Numbered from the stretch's first letter, positions 47,346 through 57,860 are shown. The stretch: 64,000 nt of DNA from Candidatus Hecatella orcuttiae (GCA_002011035.2 MTLY02000003.1:640001-704000); one strand, 5' to 3'. Notes: generated by a model not told the origin, from the sequence alone. Program-made: numbers and translations.

Positions 47346-47816
47346 ATGTCGTTAAAAGAAAGTTTTAGGGAAGAATTCCAAGAGGTGGTTGACGTCTTAG
47401 GCGTGTTTGCCAGAATGGGGGCTTACGGTTTAATAGACCGTATAGCCGGAGCCCTAACACCTGAAGCAGTTGAACATGCACTCTACGACGCTATGAGAAG
47501 CCTTAACGCATTAATAAGGCAAGCCTCAATCGTAAAGATTGAGAACAAAGATGAGCCCATGAAAATAGTTGACTGGACCGAAAAACTTGACGACCCTCGC
47601 TATCAACTAGCAGAGGAAGGAAAAGTTGTTGAAGTTATAAGCGGCTCAACCGAGTTACGTGGTAAACGTGTACGCTACGTTAAGGTACCAGATTATCTTC
47701 CAAGTCAAGAAAAGCTCGACAGCTTTGTAAGCCAAGTTAAAGAAAAAGGTTTTGAGGGTTTAAGCTTAGCCCGCAGAGTTGCACTTCTTTCACTGACACC
47801 TTACAGGAGAGGATAA
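47346..47816 (+). CDS. csa5: Type I-A small subunit Csa5 (Cas11)
   Basis: 'YGLIDRIAGALTPEAVEHALYDAMR'; first gene before cas7. Confidence 0.8.
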   Translation: MSLKESFREEFQEVVDVLGVFARMGAYGLIDRIAGALTPEAVEHALYDAMRSLNALIRQASIVKIENKDEPMKIVDWTEKLDDPRYQLAEEGKVVEVISGSTELRGKRVRYVKVPDYLPSQEKLDSFVSQVKEKGFEGLSLARRVALLSLTPYRRG

Positions 47817-47818
47817 GC

Positions 47819-49021
47819 ATGTTTTTAAGCGTTTCAGCCCGTTTTCTTGTAAACGTTGAAGCATTAAATATGGTCGAAAGCGTTGGTAACGTTGTCAGAC
47901 ATAGGAGAGCTCCTATAATAGTCCCAAGTAGCAATAAAAATGAATACGTGTTGGTTTATACACCAGTTATAAGTGGGGAGAGCATAGCAAATGCCTACCA
48001 ACGCTGGATGGCTGAACTTGCAAAACAAGAAAATCTACCGGTGTGTACTAACTGTGAAAGAGCTTTCTTCGTTAAACATGGAGATCGCGAAATATTTGGT
48101 GATAAGAATTGGGAAATTAAACTTAAAGAGATTATCGAAAGATTTGCTGAACGCAGAAGAATGGAAAACTGGAATGAGTTAAAACAACGTATTATGGATA
48201 TGAAAAATCTGGTAAACAAAGTTTCAAGCCACTGGGCAAACAGCTTCGATGAATGGATTAAAAACAAAGAACAAAATCCTCCTAAGCGCCGTGAAGAACT
48301 GGATAGCGCTTGGAATGAATTACGTTCATTATCTATCCATTACATGGAAGAATCCCTTATAAACAACTGCGTAGTTGAAGATATAGGTGGCTTCCTTTTA
48401 CCAGAAGAATTTCCAGTTAAGCGTACTTCTAAGTTTCAAGTCGGTTTTATGGTTCCAGCCTATGATCAGATAAGAACCTCTGCTTTAGAAGCTCAATTCC
48501 ACGTGAGATACGCTCCGGATCCCGCTAGACATAGCATATACTATGTGGAGTTAGGCTCGGCACTTTATGCATTTCATTTTAATATAGACTTAGGTGCGAT
48601 TGGTTACACTAGTATGATGAAAAAAGAGATGGTAGTAAATGAAGATGAAAGACTAAAACGGATAGAACTCGCAGTTAAAGCTTTAACCCACATGTTAGAG
48701 AATAAACTATTCGGTGCACATCTTTCACGTCATAATCCTGTAGGTGAACTTAGAAGTCTCGTAGCAGTCGTTAGTGAACCTTTACCATTTACAACCTCCA
48801 TAGCTCATGGAATCGATTACGTCGAAGATACAAGCAAGAGGGCCAAGCGATTTTCAGAAATTATTACAAATGAATCATCATATGGGCAGTTTATTAATAA
48901 AGAAGGTCTAGGAACAAAGGAAGTTTCTGAAGAACGAGTTAATCTAAAACGAACTGAAACCGTCTCGGAGGTCTTTAAAAATATAATTAAACATGTAACC
49001 GAGGAGCTTAAGACTAAGTGA
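47819..49021 (+). CDS. cas7: Type I-A Cas7 (Csa2)
   Basis: 'NVEALNMVESVGN..RHR', 'PVISGESIA', 'EDIGGFL', 'VKRTS', 'QFHVR', 'FGA'. Confidence 0.95.
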   Translation: MFLSVSARFLVNVEALNMVESVGNVVRHRRAPIIVPSSNKNEYVLVYTPVISGESIANAYQRWMAELAKQENLPVCTNCERAFFVKHGDREIFGDKNWEIKLKEIIERFAERRRMENWNELKQRIMDMKNLVNKVSSHWANSFDEWIKNKEQNPPKRREELDSAWNELRSLSIHYMEESLINNCVVEDIGGFLLPEEFPVKRTSKFQVGFMVPAYDQIRTSALEAQFHVRYAPDPARHSIYYVELGSALYAFHFNIDLGAIGYTSMMKKEMVVNEDERLKRIELAVKALTHMLENKLFGAHLSRHNPVGELRSLVAVVSEPLPFTTSIAHGIDYVEDTSKRAKRFSEIITNESSYGQFINKEGLGTKEVSEERVNLKRTETVSEVFKNIIKHVTEELKTK

Positions 49022-49027
49022 CTATGA

Positions 49028-49903
49028 TTGGTAGATTGGTATCTGCTAAAACTTAATGCGGATCTTGCATGGGGTTTCTCCATTAAAACACCTACAACTT
49101 CGGCTGCGGAAATGGCATTATTATGTCCTCCCCCTTCAACCTTATTTGGTGCCTTAGCTCGAGGGCTTGCATATCAATTTGAGGATTGGTCTGAATGTAT
49201 AGTTAACCCAAAGATTAATAGGCCTGAAAGCTCCACTACAAAAATATTAGACTTTATAATTTCAGCCCATTTTGGATTTTCAAAGGATACAATAGCAATA
49301 ACGCCTTGGAGCGACCTTACACATTCCTCTGCTATACCGTACCAACAAGTTCAACATAGAGTTGAATCTAAACGTGCAATGTGGTTTGGGGTACATGCAA
49401 GCGGTAAAATATATGCTGCCAATTCCCATGTTAACATCATTTATGTTATTAGAAGTGACAATGCTGAAAAAAAGCTTGGAAGCGACTGGAAAGACAAGCT
49501 GAAGAGAGCAGGTTTTTGTATATTAACATTAGGTAGTAAAGAAGGAATAATAGTCATTAAGCATGTGGAAGTTATTGACGCAAAAGTTATAGATAAAACC
49601 ACCTTAAAAACTAGTTATTATTTACCAGCTGAAGCCGTTAAAGACTATAAGCCTCAAGAACTTTGTGAAGGCGAATTCTGGGAACATAGGTATATCTCTC
49701 CGCATTGGAGAGGGACTTTCCGTAGAAAGGATAAAGCCGAACGAGAAGAAGTGACAAGAACTCGATACATTCTACCTTTAGACAAATTAAATTTCGGTCA
49801 AAGGAATGTTACTGTCCATCTATCCGAGCAGGGCATAGGATTAACGGCAGCAGACGGATCACCAGAATATACAGTGATACTTTTAAAAGATTGGATGGCT
49901 TAG
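49028..49903 (+). CDS. cas5: Type I-A Cas5
   Basis: 'WGFSIK', 'PPPSTLFGALA', 'LGSKEG'. Confidence 0.92.
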   Translation: MVDWYLLKLNADLAWGFSIKTPTTSAAEMALLCPPPSTLFGALARGLAYQFEDWSECIVNPKINRPESSTTKILDFIISAHFGFSKDTIAITPWSDLTHSSAIPYQQVQHRVESKRAMWFGVHASGKIYAANSHVNIIYVIRSDNAEKKLGSDWKDKLKRAGFCILTLGSKEGIIVIKHVEVIDAKVIDKTTLKTSYYLPAEAVKDYKPQELCEGEFWEHRYISPHWRGTFRRKDKAEREEVTRTRYILPLDKLNFGQRNVTVHLSEQGIGLTAADGSPEYTVILLKDWMA

Positions 49904-49905
49904 TT

Positions 49906-51072
49906 ATGTGCGCTACTCGTTTATCAGTTATTGTGAAACTACCCTCAGAAGGATTCTTAATTAGAGATTTTATGCTAACTACACTTGCATACATGTGTGT
50001 AAAGGTAGGCATGCCTGATGTAAAGACAATGGAAGCATCTATCAAAGTAAGCTCTACCATTAATTTAGCAAAAGCATATGTAGAAGTTTTAAGAAATAGT
50101 GCAAGAAAAAAGAATCTAAGGTTTTATCCCCCTGATAGGAGTGCTAAAAATAAACTTTTTTCTGGAATCAAAAAACTCTCAAAAAAACTCCCTCAGGATT
50201 TATCTGGAGTTTTTAACAGTTACGCTGATTGGCTCGAAAGCAACCCAAAACATGTAGAAGAAATATTAAAAAGTTTAGGCGTTTTAAGATGGTCTGGGCC
50301 CATAGATAACGACATCTTCTATTTTGGGCGTAATCCAACAATTCCCGCTGCTCAACTCTTTAAACTTAACTATTATGCGGGTAGGAGGGTTTTTCTTCCG
50401 CAACGCTACCAAGATGCTAGATTATACTTTGACATTCATACCTTCATATTTACATTAGCCGGCGCTTCTTTGTCTCTAGTTGGAACTATAAGAAATGGAC
50501 CAACTGTTTATGTCGCAGTACTCGATCCTGGTGCGATAGGTTTATGTGAAGCTTTACAGGGTTTCATCAATGAAGTGAAGTGTAGATTAGTTCCTGAGGT
50601 AATTTTTAGAGTTGCCTCAACCTTAAAAATAGCTAAACTTGGTGTTCACCCTATCAAGATAGTGATGATAAACGAGGTTGGGAATAGGCCCTCCTTATTA
50701 TCGTCTCAGAATGTTTTCGTCGATGAAGGTCTGTTACGTTTCACAAACTACTTAAAAACCGACATTCGTGAAAAGTTATTAAGACTTTTAACTTTCGCTC
50801 TCAGCGATTGGGAAACAGAGGATATAAATCAACGGATGATCGTAAGGATCGGATATGAGATTGCACAGGCCATCTATCTGTCAACTACAGGAGCCTTAAA
50901 GTCTGCCGATGTAATTTACCACGTAGCTAGGTCAACTTACGCTACAACAGGCGACAGGTTTGGTAGAGCTTTAAAAGAAGCTAAATATTCACCGATAAGA
51001 AATTTAGATGAATTTAAATATCTAGTTTTAGGCATCAAGGATGCATTGGAAAGATGTGTTCAAGCACCCTAA
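49906..51072 (+). CDS. cas8a: Type I-A large subunit Cas8a (Csa4-like)
   Basis: Position between cas5 and cas3'; 'AAQLFKLNYY', 'EVGNRP'; start uncertain. Confidence 0.65.
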   Translation: MCATRLSVIVKLPSEGFLIRDFMLTTLAYMCVKVGMPDVKTMEASIKVSSTINLAKAYVEVLRNSARKKNLRFYPPDRSAKNKLFSGIKKLSKKLPQDLSGVFNSYADWLESNPKHVEEILKSLGVLRWSGPIDNDIFYFGRNPTIPAAQLFKLNYYAGRRVFLPQRYQDARLYFDIHTFIFTLAGASLSLVGTIRNGPTVYVAVLDPGAIGLCEALQGFINEVKCRLVPEVIFRVASTLKIAKLGVHPIKIVMINEVGNRPSLLSSQNVFVDEGLLRFTNYLKTDIREKLLRLLTFALSDWETEDINQRMIVRIGYEIAQAIYLSTTGALKSADVIYHVARSTYATTGDRFGRALKEAKYSPIRNLDEFKYLVLGIKDALERCVQAP

Positions 51073-52949
51073 AATCTTTTGAGCAAATATATGGATATAC
51101 ACCTAGACCTGCTGTACGTGTATTACTTGAATTTATTGATAAAAAACTTGAGGGTGAAGATTCCAAATTTTTGGTGCTATTCTCAGCGCCAACTAGTTAT
51201 GGTAAGTCCTCGTGTACCATAGCTATAGCTAATACACTAGCACACAGTAGTAACTATCTAGGTGAACGTTTAATACATGTGCTTCCTCTCCGCTCAATTA
51301 TTGAAGATTTATACATGAAAGCTAAAGAAAAGAAAAGAGAGATGAAACTGAATAGTGAGTTAACAATTGGAGCGCAAGCTATGCACATATTAGATGCTGA
51401 AAAATCACCTTACATGATGCCTAAGGTTGTTTATACCACTATAGATTCATTTATTCACAACTTATTTAAAAGGCCAGTAGCTGAAATGTACAGAGAGCAC
51501 AGTCATTTTGACATTCCGAGATATGCTATATACTCGTCTCTTATCATATTTGATGAAGCTCATCTTTTTTCAAGTGAGATTAAAATTAGTGAAAATGAGC
51601 TGCAACAGAAGCATAATAGAATGTTTACAGCGTTCTGCGCCTCTATTCGAGCGCTCACTGAATCTTCAGTGCCAGTAATAGTTATGACAGCAACTATGCC
51701 AAATATTTACACACATAGCCTACTTCAACATGTTGCCAATCATACTGACATTTTTATGATCGGAGTTGATCCTGCGCTAAGTACAGAGGAAATAAGGGAA
51801 AGCTCTCCTACTGGTTTTAGAAATATTAGATGCTTTAGTACTGGTGTTGATAAAGATTTTTACCGTATTATTCAGGAAAACAATCCGGAACTGAAAAATA
51901 TAGTGGATGAAACTGACATCAAGAATATCGTTCTGAAGTATTGCACATTAGGAAATGTAAAAATTTTAGTGGTCAGAAATGTTGTGAAAAAAGCCTTAAA
52001 AACCTACAAAGACCTAAAGGAAGAACTGAAAAAAAGGAATCTACAATGTTTCGTACTACATGGTAGGATGAGTGTTGAGGATCGGGAAAATACATTACAG
52101 CTTATCAAGAAAACTGAACAAGATAATAGTGGGATAGTTCTAGTTTGTACGCAAGTTATAGAAGCTGGAGTAGATATAGATTTTGATATATTAATCAGCG
52201 ATGCTGCACCGTTTACCTCTCTTATCCAACGAGTTGGGCGGATTGGTAGGAGTTTAAAAGAAAGGAAAATTCATCCAAGTGTTTACATAGTTACGGGAAA
52301 CGGAGATGGCATCTACGATAAAGAGCTTGTTAAATCCACGCTTAATCATACGAGAAAAGCGCATAATCAAGGGAAACAGATAGGATGGAGAATTTCAACA
52401 AGATATGAAACTTACAACGGACTCATAAGTTACAAATGGTTGCTGGAAAAAATATATACTAGCCTCAAATATTCTGTCGATGAAAAATTGATAAACGTTT
52501 TACGTGAAATAGACCACTATTTTATTGGCTCTGAGAGTTTAGAGCTTCAACGTAAACTTTGCAGTTTCGTTAGGGATGAAGGATTTATAGCTACCTCAAC
52601 ATGGAAAGGTGAAAGTCAAAAATTTAAAAATAGACGCGAAGCTTTAGAGATAGCATATAAAAGCATGCTTCCACTAACTTTCAGCTTCTTGAAAGATAAA
52701 TGGAGGAAAATATTAAAGGTTAACGAACAAAAGATTGCTATACTAATTCATGAAGGCAATAATTTAAGATCAGAACTTTCAGAGGACATATATGAAATAC
52801 TGGAGAATGTTGAAAGAGGCAAGGAATGCTTCCTTTTATATAAACTAGATAAGGCTATGCGAAAACTTAGAAAAGGTGATCAGATACCCTTAGCAATTAT
52901 CTTACATAAAGACAGTTATAAACTAAAAGAGGGCTTAATCATTGAATAG
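51054..52949 (+). CDS. cas3: Cas3' helicase
   Basis: Walker A 'APTSYGKS', DEAH, 'MTAT', 'LHGRM', 'TQVIEAGVD', 'QRVGRIGR'. Confidence 0.95.
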   Translation: MCSSTLKSFEQIYGYTPRPAVRVLLEFIDKKLEGEDSKFLVLFSAPTSYGKSSCTIAIANTLAHSSNYLGERLIHVLPLRSIIEDLYMKAKEKKREMKLNSELTIGAQAMHILDAEKSPYMMPKVVYTTIDSFIHNLFKRPVAEMYREHSHFDIPRYAIYSSLIIFDEAHLFSSEIKISENELQQKHNRMFTAFCASIRALTESSVPVIVMTATMPNIYTHSLLQHVANHTDIFMIGVDPALSTEEIRESSPTGFRNIRCFSTGVDKDFYRIIQENNPELKNIVDETDIKNIVLKYCTLGNVKILVVRNVVKKALKTYKDLKEELKKRNLQCFVLHGRMSVEDRENTLQLIKKTEQDNSGIVLVCTQVIEAGVDIDFDILISDAAPFTSLIQRVGRIGRSLKERKIHPSVYIVTGNGDGIYDKELVKSTLNHTRKAHNQGKQIGWRISTRYETYNGLISYKWLLEKIYTSLKYSVDEKLINVLREIDHYFIGSESLELQRKLCSFVRDEGFIATSTWKGESQKFKNRREALEIAYKSMLPLTFSFLKDKWRKILKVNEQKIAILIHEGNNLRSELSEDIYEILENVERGKECFLLYKLDKAMRKLRKGDQIPLAIILHKDSYKLKEGLIIE

Positions 52950-53763
52950 CGAGCTAGCATATTCTTGGTGCGGTGAAAGGCTTGAGGAGCACTCACATAA
53001 GACTTCTGAGATTTTTAAATTAACCTTTGAAGACAGAATAATAAAAACGTTAAGCGGAAGATTAAACTATAAGTTTAATGATGTGGGAAAGTTTATCATC
53101 AGACTTATACCTTTACTACATGACATCGGAAAATCTCATGTACAGTATCAAAATACCATAAAATTTAAAGAGAGATGTCCTAAAACTGCCATCATATGTC
53201 GTGAATGTAAAGATAAACCAAACTTCTCATGGCATGAAGTATTATCAGCTCAGTTATGTTGGAGAGTGATAGAAGATTTACTCTTTAATTTAAGTTTATA
53301 TGATAGGTTTAAGAATCTACAAGAGATCGCAACTGCATCTATACTATTTCATCATCAGGGAATCAGAGCTATAGAATCAGAGACACCTCTTAAAGAAATC
53401 AATTTAAAAGAGTATCTTAATGAAACGCTATACACATTATTGCCTAAATTAATAGATATTGCTCACTACGGATTAAAACTAGATGGGCATCTGATTAGAG
53501 AAATAGTGTCTTCAGCACTACAAGAGCTAGAAAGTGACCTTAAAAGTACAAGGAGTCTTAAAGGCTTATCTACTAGGATACTGAATGAACTTAGAACTGC
53601 ACCAAAAAATTACCTAAAACTTTATTCTATTACTGCTGGTCCCCTCGTAATATGTGACTGGATTGCTGCTAGAGTATTACGTATCCAAAATCATTATCAT
53701 TATTCTCCTATGTTAAATGAAGCAGTATATTCTTTTCCAGAATTAGAAACTTATTTAAAATAG
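52942..53763 (+). CDS. cas3'': Cas3'' HD nuclease
   Basis: 'LEEHS', 'LHDIGK', 'HEVLSA', 'FHHQG', 'ICDW'. Confidence 0.92.
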   Translation: MNSELAYSWCGERLEEHSHKTSEIFKLTFEDRIIKTLSGRLNYKFNDVGKFIIRLIPLLHDIGKSHVQYQNTIKFKERCPKTAIICRECKDKPNFSWHEVLSAQLCWRVIEDLLFNLSLYDRFKNLQEIATASILFHHQGIRAIESETPLKEINLKEYLNETLYTLLPKLIDIAHYGLKLDGHLIREIVSSALQELESDLKSTRSLKGLSTRILNELRTAPKNYLKLYSITAGPLVICDWIAARVLRIQNHYHYSPMLNEAVYSFPELETYLK

Positions 53764-53791
53764 AACTTCTTTCCGGTTTCCGAAGGTAGCT

Positions 53792-54205
53792 TTAAACGTA
53801 TTTGGCTGGGTGGTTGTATTTTAGGTTGGCTATGTTTGTGTATGTTCTGTCGTAGCTTACCAGTCCGGCTTCTTCGACAATGCTGGCCGCTGCGTGGAGG
53901 CTGTCGAAATACGTTAACTGCTTGTACCTGCGCCTGAGCTCGTAGGCCTTTGCGTGGTAGAGTGGTTTGGATGGCAAGAGGTCTACGGCCCTGTATTCTA
54001 GGAGGTTTCCGAGGGCGGTGTAGAAGGCTCCAACTTCCCTGACGGCGACCTCACCCGACCTTATCAGCAGGTTTAGCTCTACTAGGGCATAGGGGGAGAG
54101 CAGCGTTTCCCCCTCAAACATGTCGAGAAGCCTGACGGCCTCACCGTGGTGTTTATCCCCCTTGGACACGAGGGCTAGGAGGACGTCGGTTTCGACCAAG
54201 ATCAC
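53792..54205 (-). CDS. vapC: VapC PIN-domain toxin
   Basis: 'LVETDVLLA', 'D.HH', 'E', 'LTYFDSLHAA', 'SYD'. Confidence 0.9.
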   Translation of the reverse strand: MILVETDVLLALVSKGDKHHGEAVRLLDMFEGETLLSPYALVELNLLIRSGEVAVREVGAFYTALGNLLEYRAVDLLPSKPLYHAKAYELRRRYKQLTYFDSLHAAASIVEEAGLVSYDRTYTNIANLKYNHPAKYV

Positions 54206-54210
54206 GGAGC

Positions 54211-54453
54211 CTAAGCCTCCAAAAGCTTACACTCAGCAGCCCTCCGCAGCCTTCTGATGTCCCTCTCCACGTTGCTCGTACCCTTGACGACGATTTTCTC
54301 CAAGGATTTTAACGGGTCTTCTATGGGCTCTAGCACAACCCTACCCTTTTCGACCTTAACCCTAACCCGCTTCGAGAGGCCCACCTCCCTGCGAACCTCT
54401 GCAGGTATGACGATTCTACCCTTCCTATCGACCTTAGCCGTCAACGGATCCAA
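54211..54453 (-). CDS. vapB: AbrB/MazE-type antitoxin
   Basis: 'KVDRKGRIVIPAEVRREVGL'; immediately upstream of vapC. Confidence 0.9.
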   Translation of the reverse strand: MDPLTAKVDRKGRIVIPAEVRREVGLSKRVRVKVEKGRVVLEPIEDPLKSLEKIVVKGTSNVERDIRRLRRAAECKLLEA

Positions 54454-54501
54454 ATTCCCACCTCAAATGAGATTCCTATCCCACCATATAAACATTCCCA
54501 C

Positions 54502-54716
54502 TTAAACCAGTGTGGGAAACTCCGTCCTAACCAAGGCTATGTTCGGCATATCCATCTGTAGCCGCAGCATCTCCTTCAGCTCCCCGTGGAGCCTGAGGTT
54601 TTCCTCCTGCTGAAGCCGAGCCTAGGAGCTGCATGGAGCACCCGCTCGAAGAAGACAATCCGGGGACAGTAGAGGAAATGCTTCGCGTCGGTCACCGAGA
54701 AAAGGGCCTCGGTCAC
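54502..54716 (-). pseudogene. cas4: Frameshifted, truncated cas4 relic
   Basis: 'SVTDAKHFLYCPRIVFFERVL..PRLG' continues in another frame as 'QQEENLRLH'; nuclease core and C-terminal cysteines absent. Confidence 0.7.
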
Positions 54717-54948
54717 GTCGGAGGTAGGCTGCCTACCTAGGTCTCTTCGGGGGCCTACCTGAGACTTTCGACGGCCCATAAAGTATTTCTAGTCTATGGC
54801 TCTGAGCCATCAGTTTTGAGAGCGGGCGGCAGGCGGGTTTTCTATTTTTCGGAGATTATCTCTCGAGCAAAGGTTTTAGCAAATTTTTCTTTGATATTTT
54901 TTGAAGTTTAAATCTATACGCGTGCTGATAAAGAATGAGGGACAATGC

Positions 54949-55860
54949 ATGATATTCGTATCAAAGATAGTATTACATCTCAATTTTGTTTCTCCTGCTA
55001 GGTTTCCTTACTGGATGGGTTCTATGTTTCGGGGAGGTTTCGGCCAAAACCTAAGAAAAGCTGTGTGCCCATCTCCTAATGCTGAGTGTTCTTCATGTGA
55101 TCAACGTCTTCAATGCCTTTTCTATCATACTCACATGAGAAGCGAGGCGAAAAGAGGCTATGCGCCTCCGTCTAAACCTGTCATCTTGATTCCCCCATTT
55201 TTCGGTAAGGCCATGGATATTGAAAAGGACGCCTGCCTCACCGTAGAAGCCCTCCTCTTAGGAGATTTCCGACGCTACCTTCCCCACCTCCTTTTGGGCA
55301 TGAATTTTCTCGGGCAAGTCGGCCTCGGCTCAACCCGCCACTACGGCCTAAGCAGGTTTGAAGTGGAAAAAGGCATCTGCGCCTTTTCAGGGAAAACCGT
55401 GTACGAGAGGGGAGTCATAATGCCGGCAAACATGAAATCTGTCGACGTAAGGGACATACCCCCTTACCCTGACAACCGTGTAAAAGTCGGCTTCAAAACT
55501 CCCTTCACAGGCAGCTGCTTTCCTCCCACGCCTGAGAGGCTTTTGTGGATGATTCGTAGGAGGCTGATAGGCTTCGTAAACGAATACGGCGACGGCTCAG
55601 AGGTAGCCGACTTCAAATGCAGCGGGCAAATAGTAAATCATTCCGTGCATGTTCACCACCTCCAGAGACGTTCTAAGCGCAGTGAGAAAAAATATTTTAA
55701 AGGATACACCGGCGTTGTGGACTACGAGTTCAGCGAGTTGGATGACGTGGGAAGATGGCTTCTGAACCTAGGCTTCATCATCGGCTGCGGCCCTGACTCC
55801 TCCTTTGGCTGCGGTTTCCTCCAAGATTTAACCAATCCTCCGTTTGAAACGCCAAGTTAA
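54949..55860 (+). CDS. cas6: Cas6 crRNA endoribonuclease
   Basis: 'GSMFRGGFG..LR...C...C..C...C'; C-terminal Gly-loop 'GCGPDSSFGCG'. Confidence 0.9.
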   Translation: MIFVSKIVLHLNFVSPARFPYWMGSMFRGGFGQNLRKAVCPSPNAECSSCDQRLQCLFYHTHMRSEAKRGYAPPSKPVILIPPFFGKAMDIEKDACLTVEALLLGDFRRYLPHLLLGMNFLGQVGLGSTRHYGLSRFEVEKGICAFSGKTVYERGVIMPANMKSVDVRDIPPYPDNRVKVGFKTPFTGSCFPPTPERLLWMIRRRLIGFVNEYGDGSEVADFKCSGQIVNHSVHVHHLQRRSKRSEKKYFKGYTGVVDYEFSELDDVGRWLLNLGFIIGCGPDSSFGCGFLQDLTNPPFETPS

Positions 55861-56678
55861 CCCCCCTCAGAGGGGCTTGTGGGTCACCCTAACACTGAGG
55901 CCAGAGAGCCTGCAACGCGGTACTACGCCAGCATGCTTTCCCCGCTTCCAGCTTTTTTCTCAGCCCTCGCAGCCTGCTCCGCGGCGTTATGACTGCAATA
56001 AGTTTGGCGGCCAAGTCTCTACAGGCTTTGTTCTACGGCGATTTTCCTGTTTTAAGAAGAAAATAATACTAAGGGAGAGCAATAATACTGGGTTAGCTCT
56101 GTAGTTTTAAAATGTCCAAAAAATTGGATGACCCCCGGAGGGAGGTTCTCCAAAAAATTGGAGACTTTGGAGGCATCAGCCATCTTCAATCTTCGGTGTC
56201 TTTGCGCAGACCTCCGTCAAACCTATTGCTGGAGTTAGTTTCTTCTCCTTGCCCTCCCTGGATTTCTTTCACTTTCACCCCAGCCTAGACCCCACAAAAT
56301 ATTCTATTTACGCGGAGTCTATTGCATAGGAAGTCATTAAATGGTCCCTGTGGTCGCGGAGGTCCTTAACGGAGGTTTTCTTCATGTTCCATAATACTTT
56401 CGCTGGCGGCTAAATGCTCAGCCAAAATTTCGTTAATTGTCTTGGAGGTCCCCTTTAGCCCCTTTTTCGGCCTTTAACATCTAAGTTATCCCTTAATATT
56501 ACGGTAGTCTTTCAGCCATAAACATAAACCGTTTATCTGCTTAAAACATTTACAATATGGCTTCTCCGGAAGTTTGTCCACATTTATCCAACCGACACCG
56601 GTAAGGCTTAAGGGTCGTAGAAGGTTCTTTAATCCATTTGGTGATCTCAGATCACCATCGAAAAAGGTGAGCTTGTTT

Positions 56679-56963
56679 ATGATGACCCTAGTCATCTATG
56701 ATATCTCCAACGATGACAGTCGAACTAAGCTTGCTAATTTACTTCAAGATTTCGGCCTTGAGAGGATCCAGTACAGTGGTTTTAAAGGAGACCTAAACAC
56801 CCACGACCGCCACATCCTCGCCCAGCAAGTAAAAAAGTTCGTAACGGGAGAACGCGACAGCGTATACATAATACGGCTCTGCAACGAATGCGCCAGCCTC
56901 TGCCACATCGTCTCCAGCAAAGAAGCAATTTTTATCGATAAATCCCATGTAAAAATCGTTTAG
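56679..56963 (+). CDS. cas2: Cas2
   Basis: 'LVIYDISND', 'GLERIQYSGF', 'LCNEC'. Confidence 0.95.
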   Translation: MMTLVIYDISNDDSRTKLANLLQDFGLERIQYSGFKGDLNTHDRHILAQQVKKFVTGERDSVYIIRLCNECASLCHIVSSKEAIFIDKSHVKIV

Positions 56964-56972
56964 AGGTAAAGG

Positions 56973-57857
56973 ATGATGTATTTCCTCTCCGAGCTAGAGC
57001 ACAAACTGCTCCTCCATAAACTTCTACCAACTGCCAGAGAGGTGGGTGTGAACCCTGACCTACGGGGATGGAACTGGCATCAATCCCCCCTCAAACCCTA
57101 TTACAACGAAAAGATTCCCATGTACGCTGTATGCTCAAAATACTGTCCAACCAACCGAGACATTTTCTTGAACCAAGTGAAAAAAGTCGCCCCCACCCTC
57201 AACTTCAACGTATCTTTAGGGAAACTTCTCCACGGCGTCGTCAGCGACGCTCTCCAAGCCATCATAGCTAGGGACAGCTTGAATTTTGAAGACTGGTGGA
57301 AGAAAATACGCTGGGAAGGAATGGTAGGTGACAGAGACCTGTTTAAGAAACGTGCCAGGCAAGTTTGGGACCATGTGCAAAAAACCTGCCATGCCAAATA
57401 CGCCCACGTCTCTACTGAGCAGCCCTTCGCATCCAACTACGACCTAATGGCCTCAGCTTTACCCTTCCTAGTAGAGCATAAGATTTCAGGTGAACTCCTA
57501 GGCTTAAGCGGGTTGCTCAGCCTTGACTGCTACGACTATCTTCGCTGTATCATGTTCGACTTGAAGGTGGAGAGCAAACAAGAAGATTGGCATAGGCTAT
57601 CCCCTGTGGGTTATGCTCTGGTTTTTGAAAGCGTGCACGAAGTACCAGTGGACATATGTTGCGTGCTATACTTGAACTTCCTTGACGATAAAATCGTGGT
57701 CAAGAAAGATCTCTTCTTCGCCAACAACGACCTGCGCAGCTGGTGGATAGAAGAGAGAGACCGTAAACTGGAGATTGTGGCCCAGAGGAAAGACCCTGGC
57801 ACGCCAAATGTCTGCGATGAGAGTTGCATCTACTACATGAGTTGCAGGGGTGGGTGA
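56973..57857 (+). CDS. csa1: Csa1 (type I-A Cas4-like nuclease)
   Basis: 'LRGWNW', 'YCPTNRD', 'DLK', 'GYALVFES', C-terminal 'C...C.Y...C'. Confidence 0.92.
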   Translation: MMYFLSELEHKLLLHKLLPTAREVGVNPDLRGWNWHQSPLKPYYNEKIPMYAVCSKYCPTNRDIFLNQVKKVAPTLNFNVSLGKLLHGVVSDALQAIIARDSLNFEDWWKKIRWEGMVGDRDLFKKRARQVWDHVQKTCHAKYAHVSTEQPFASNYDLMASALPFLVEHKISGELLGLSGLLSLDCYDYLRCIMFDLKVESKQEDWHRLSPVGYALVFESVHEVPVDICCVLYLNFLDDKIVVKKDLFFANNDLRSWWIEERDRKLEIVAQRKDPGTPNVCDESCIYYMSCRGG

Positions 57858-57860
57858 GTT

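Noticed and set aside
51186-51209. Cas3' Walker A reads APTSYGKS rather than APTGxGKT
   Set aside because: The GKS core and the other helicase motifs are intact, so this is not evidence of inactivation.
56184-56222. Minus-strand GTTTG...GAAGATTGAAG considered as a degenerate CRISPR repeat
   Set aside because: Similarity is limited to the ends, with no partner repeat or identifiable target.
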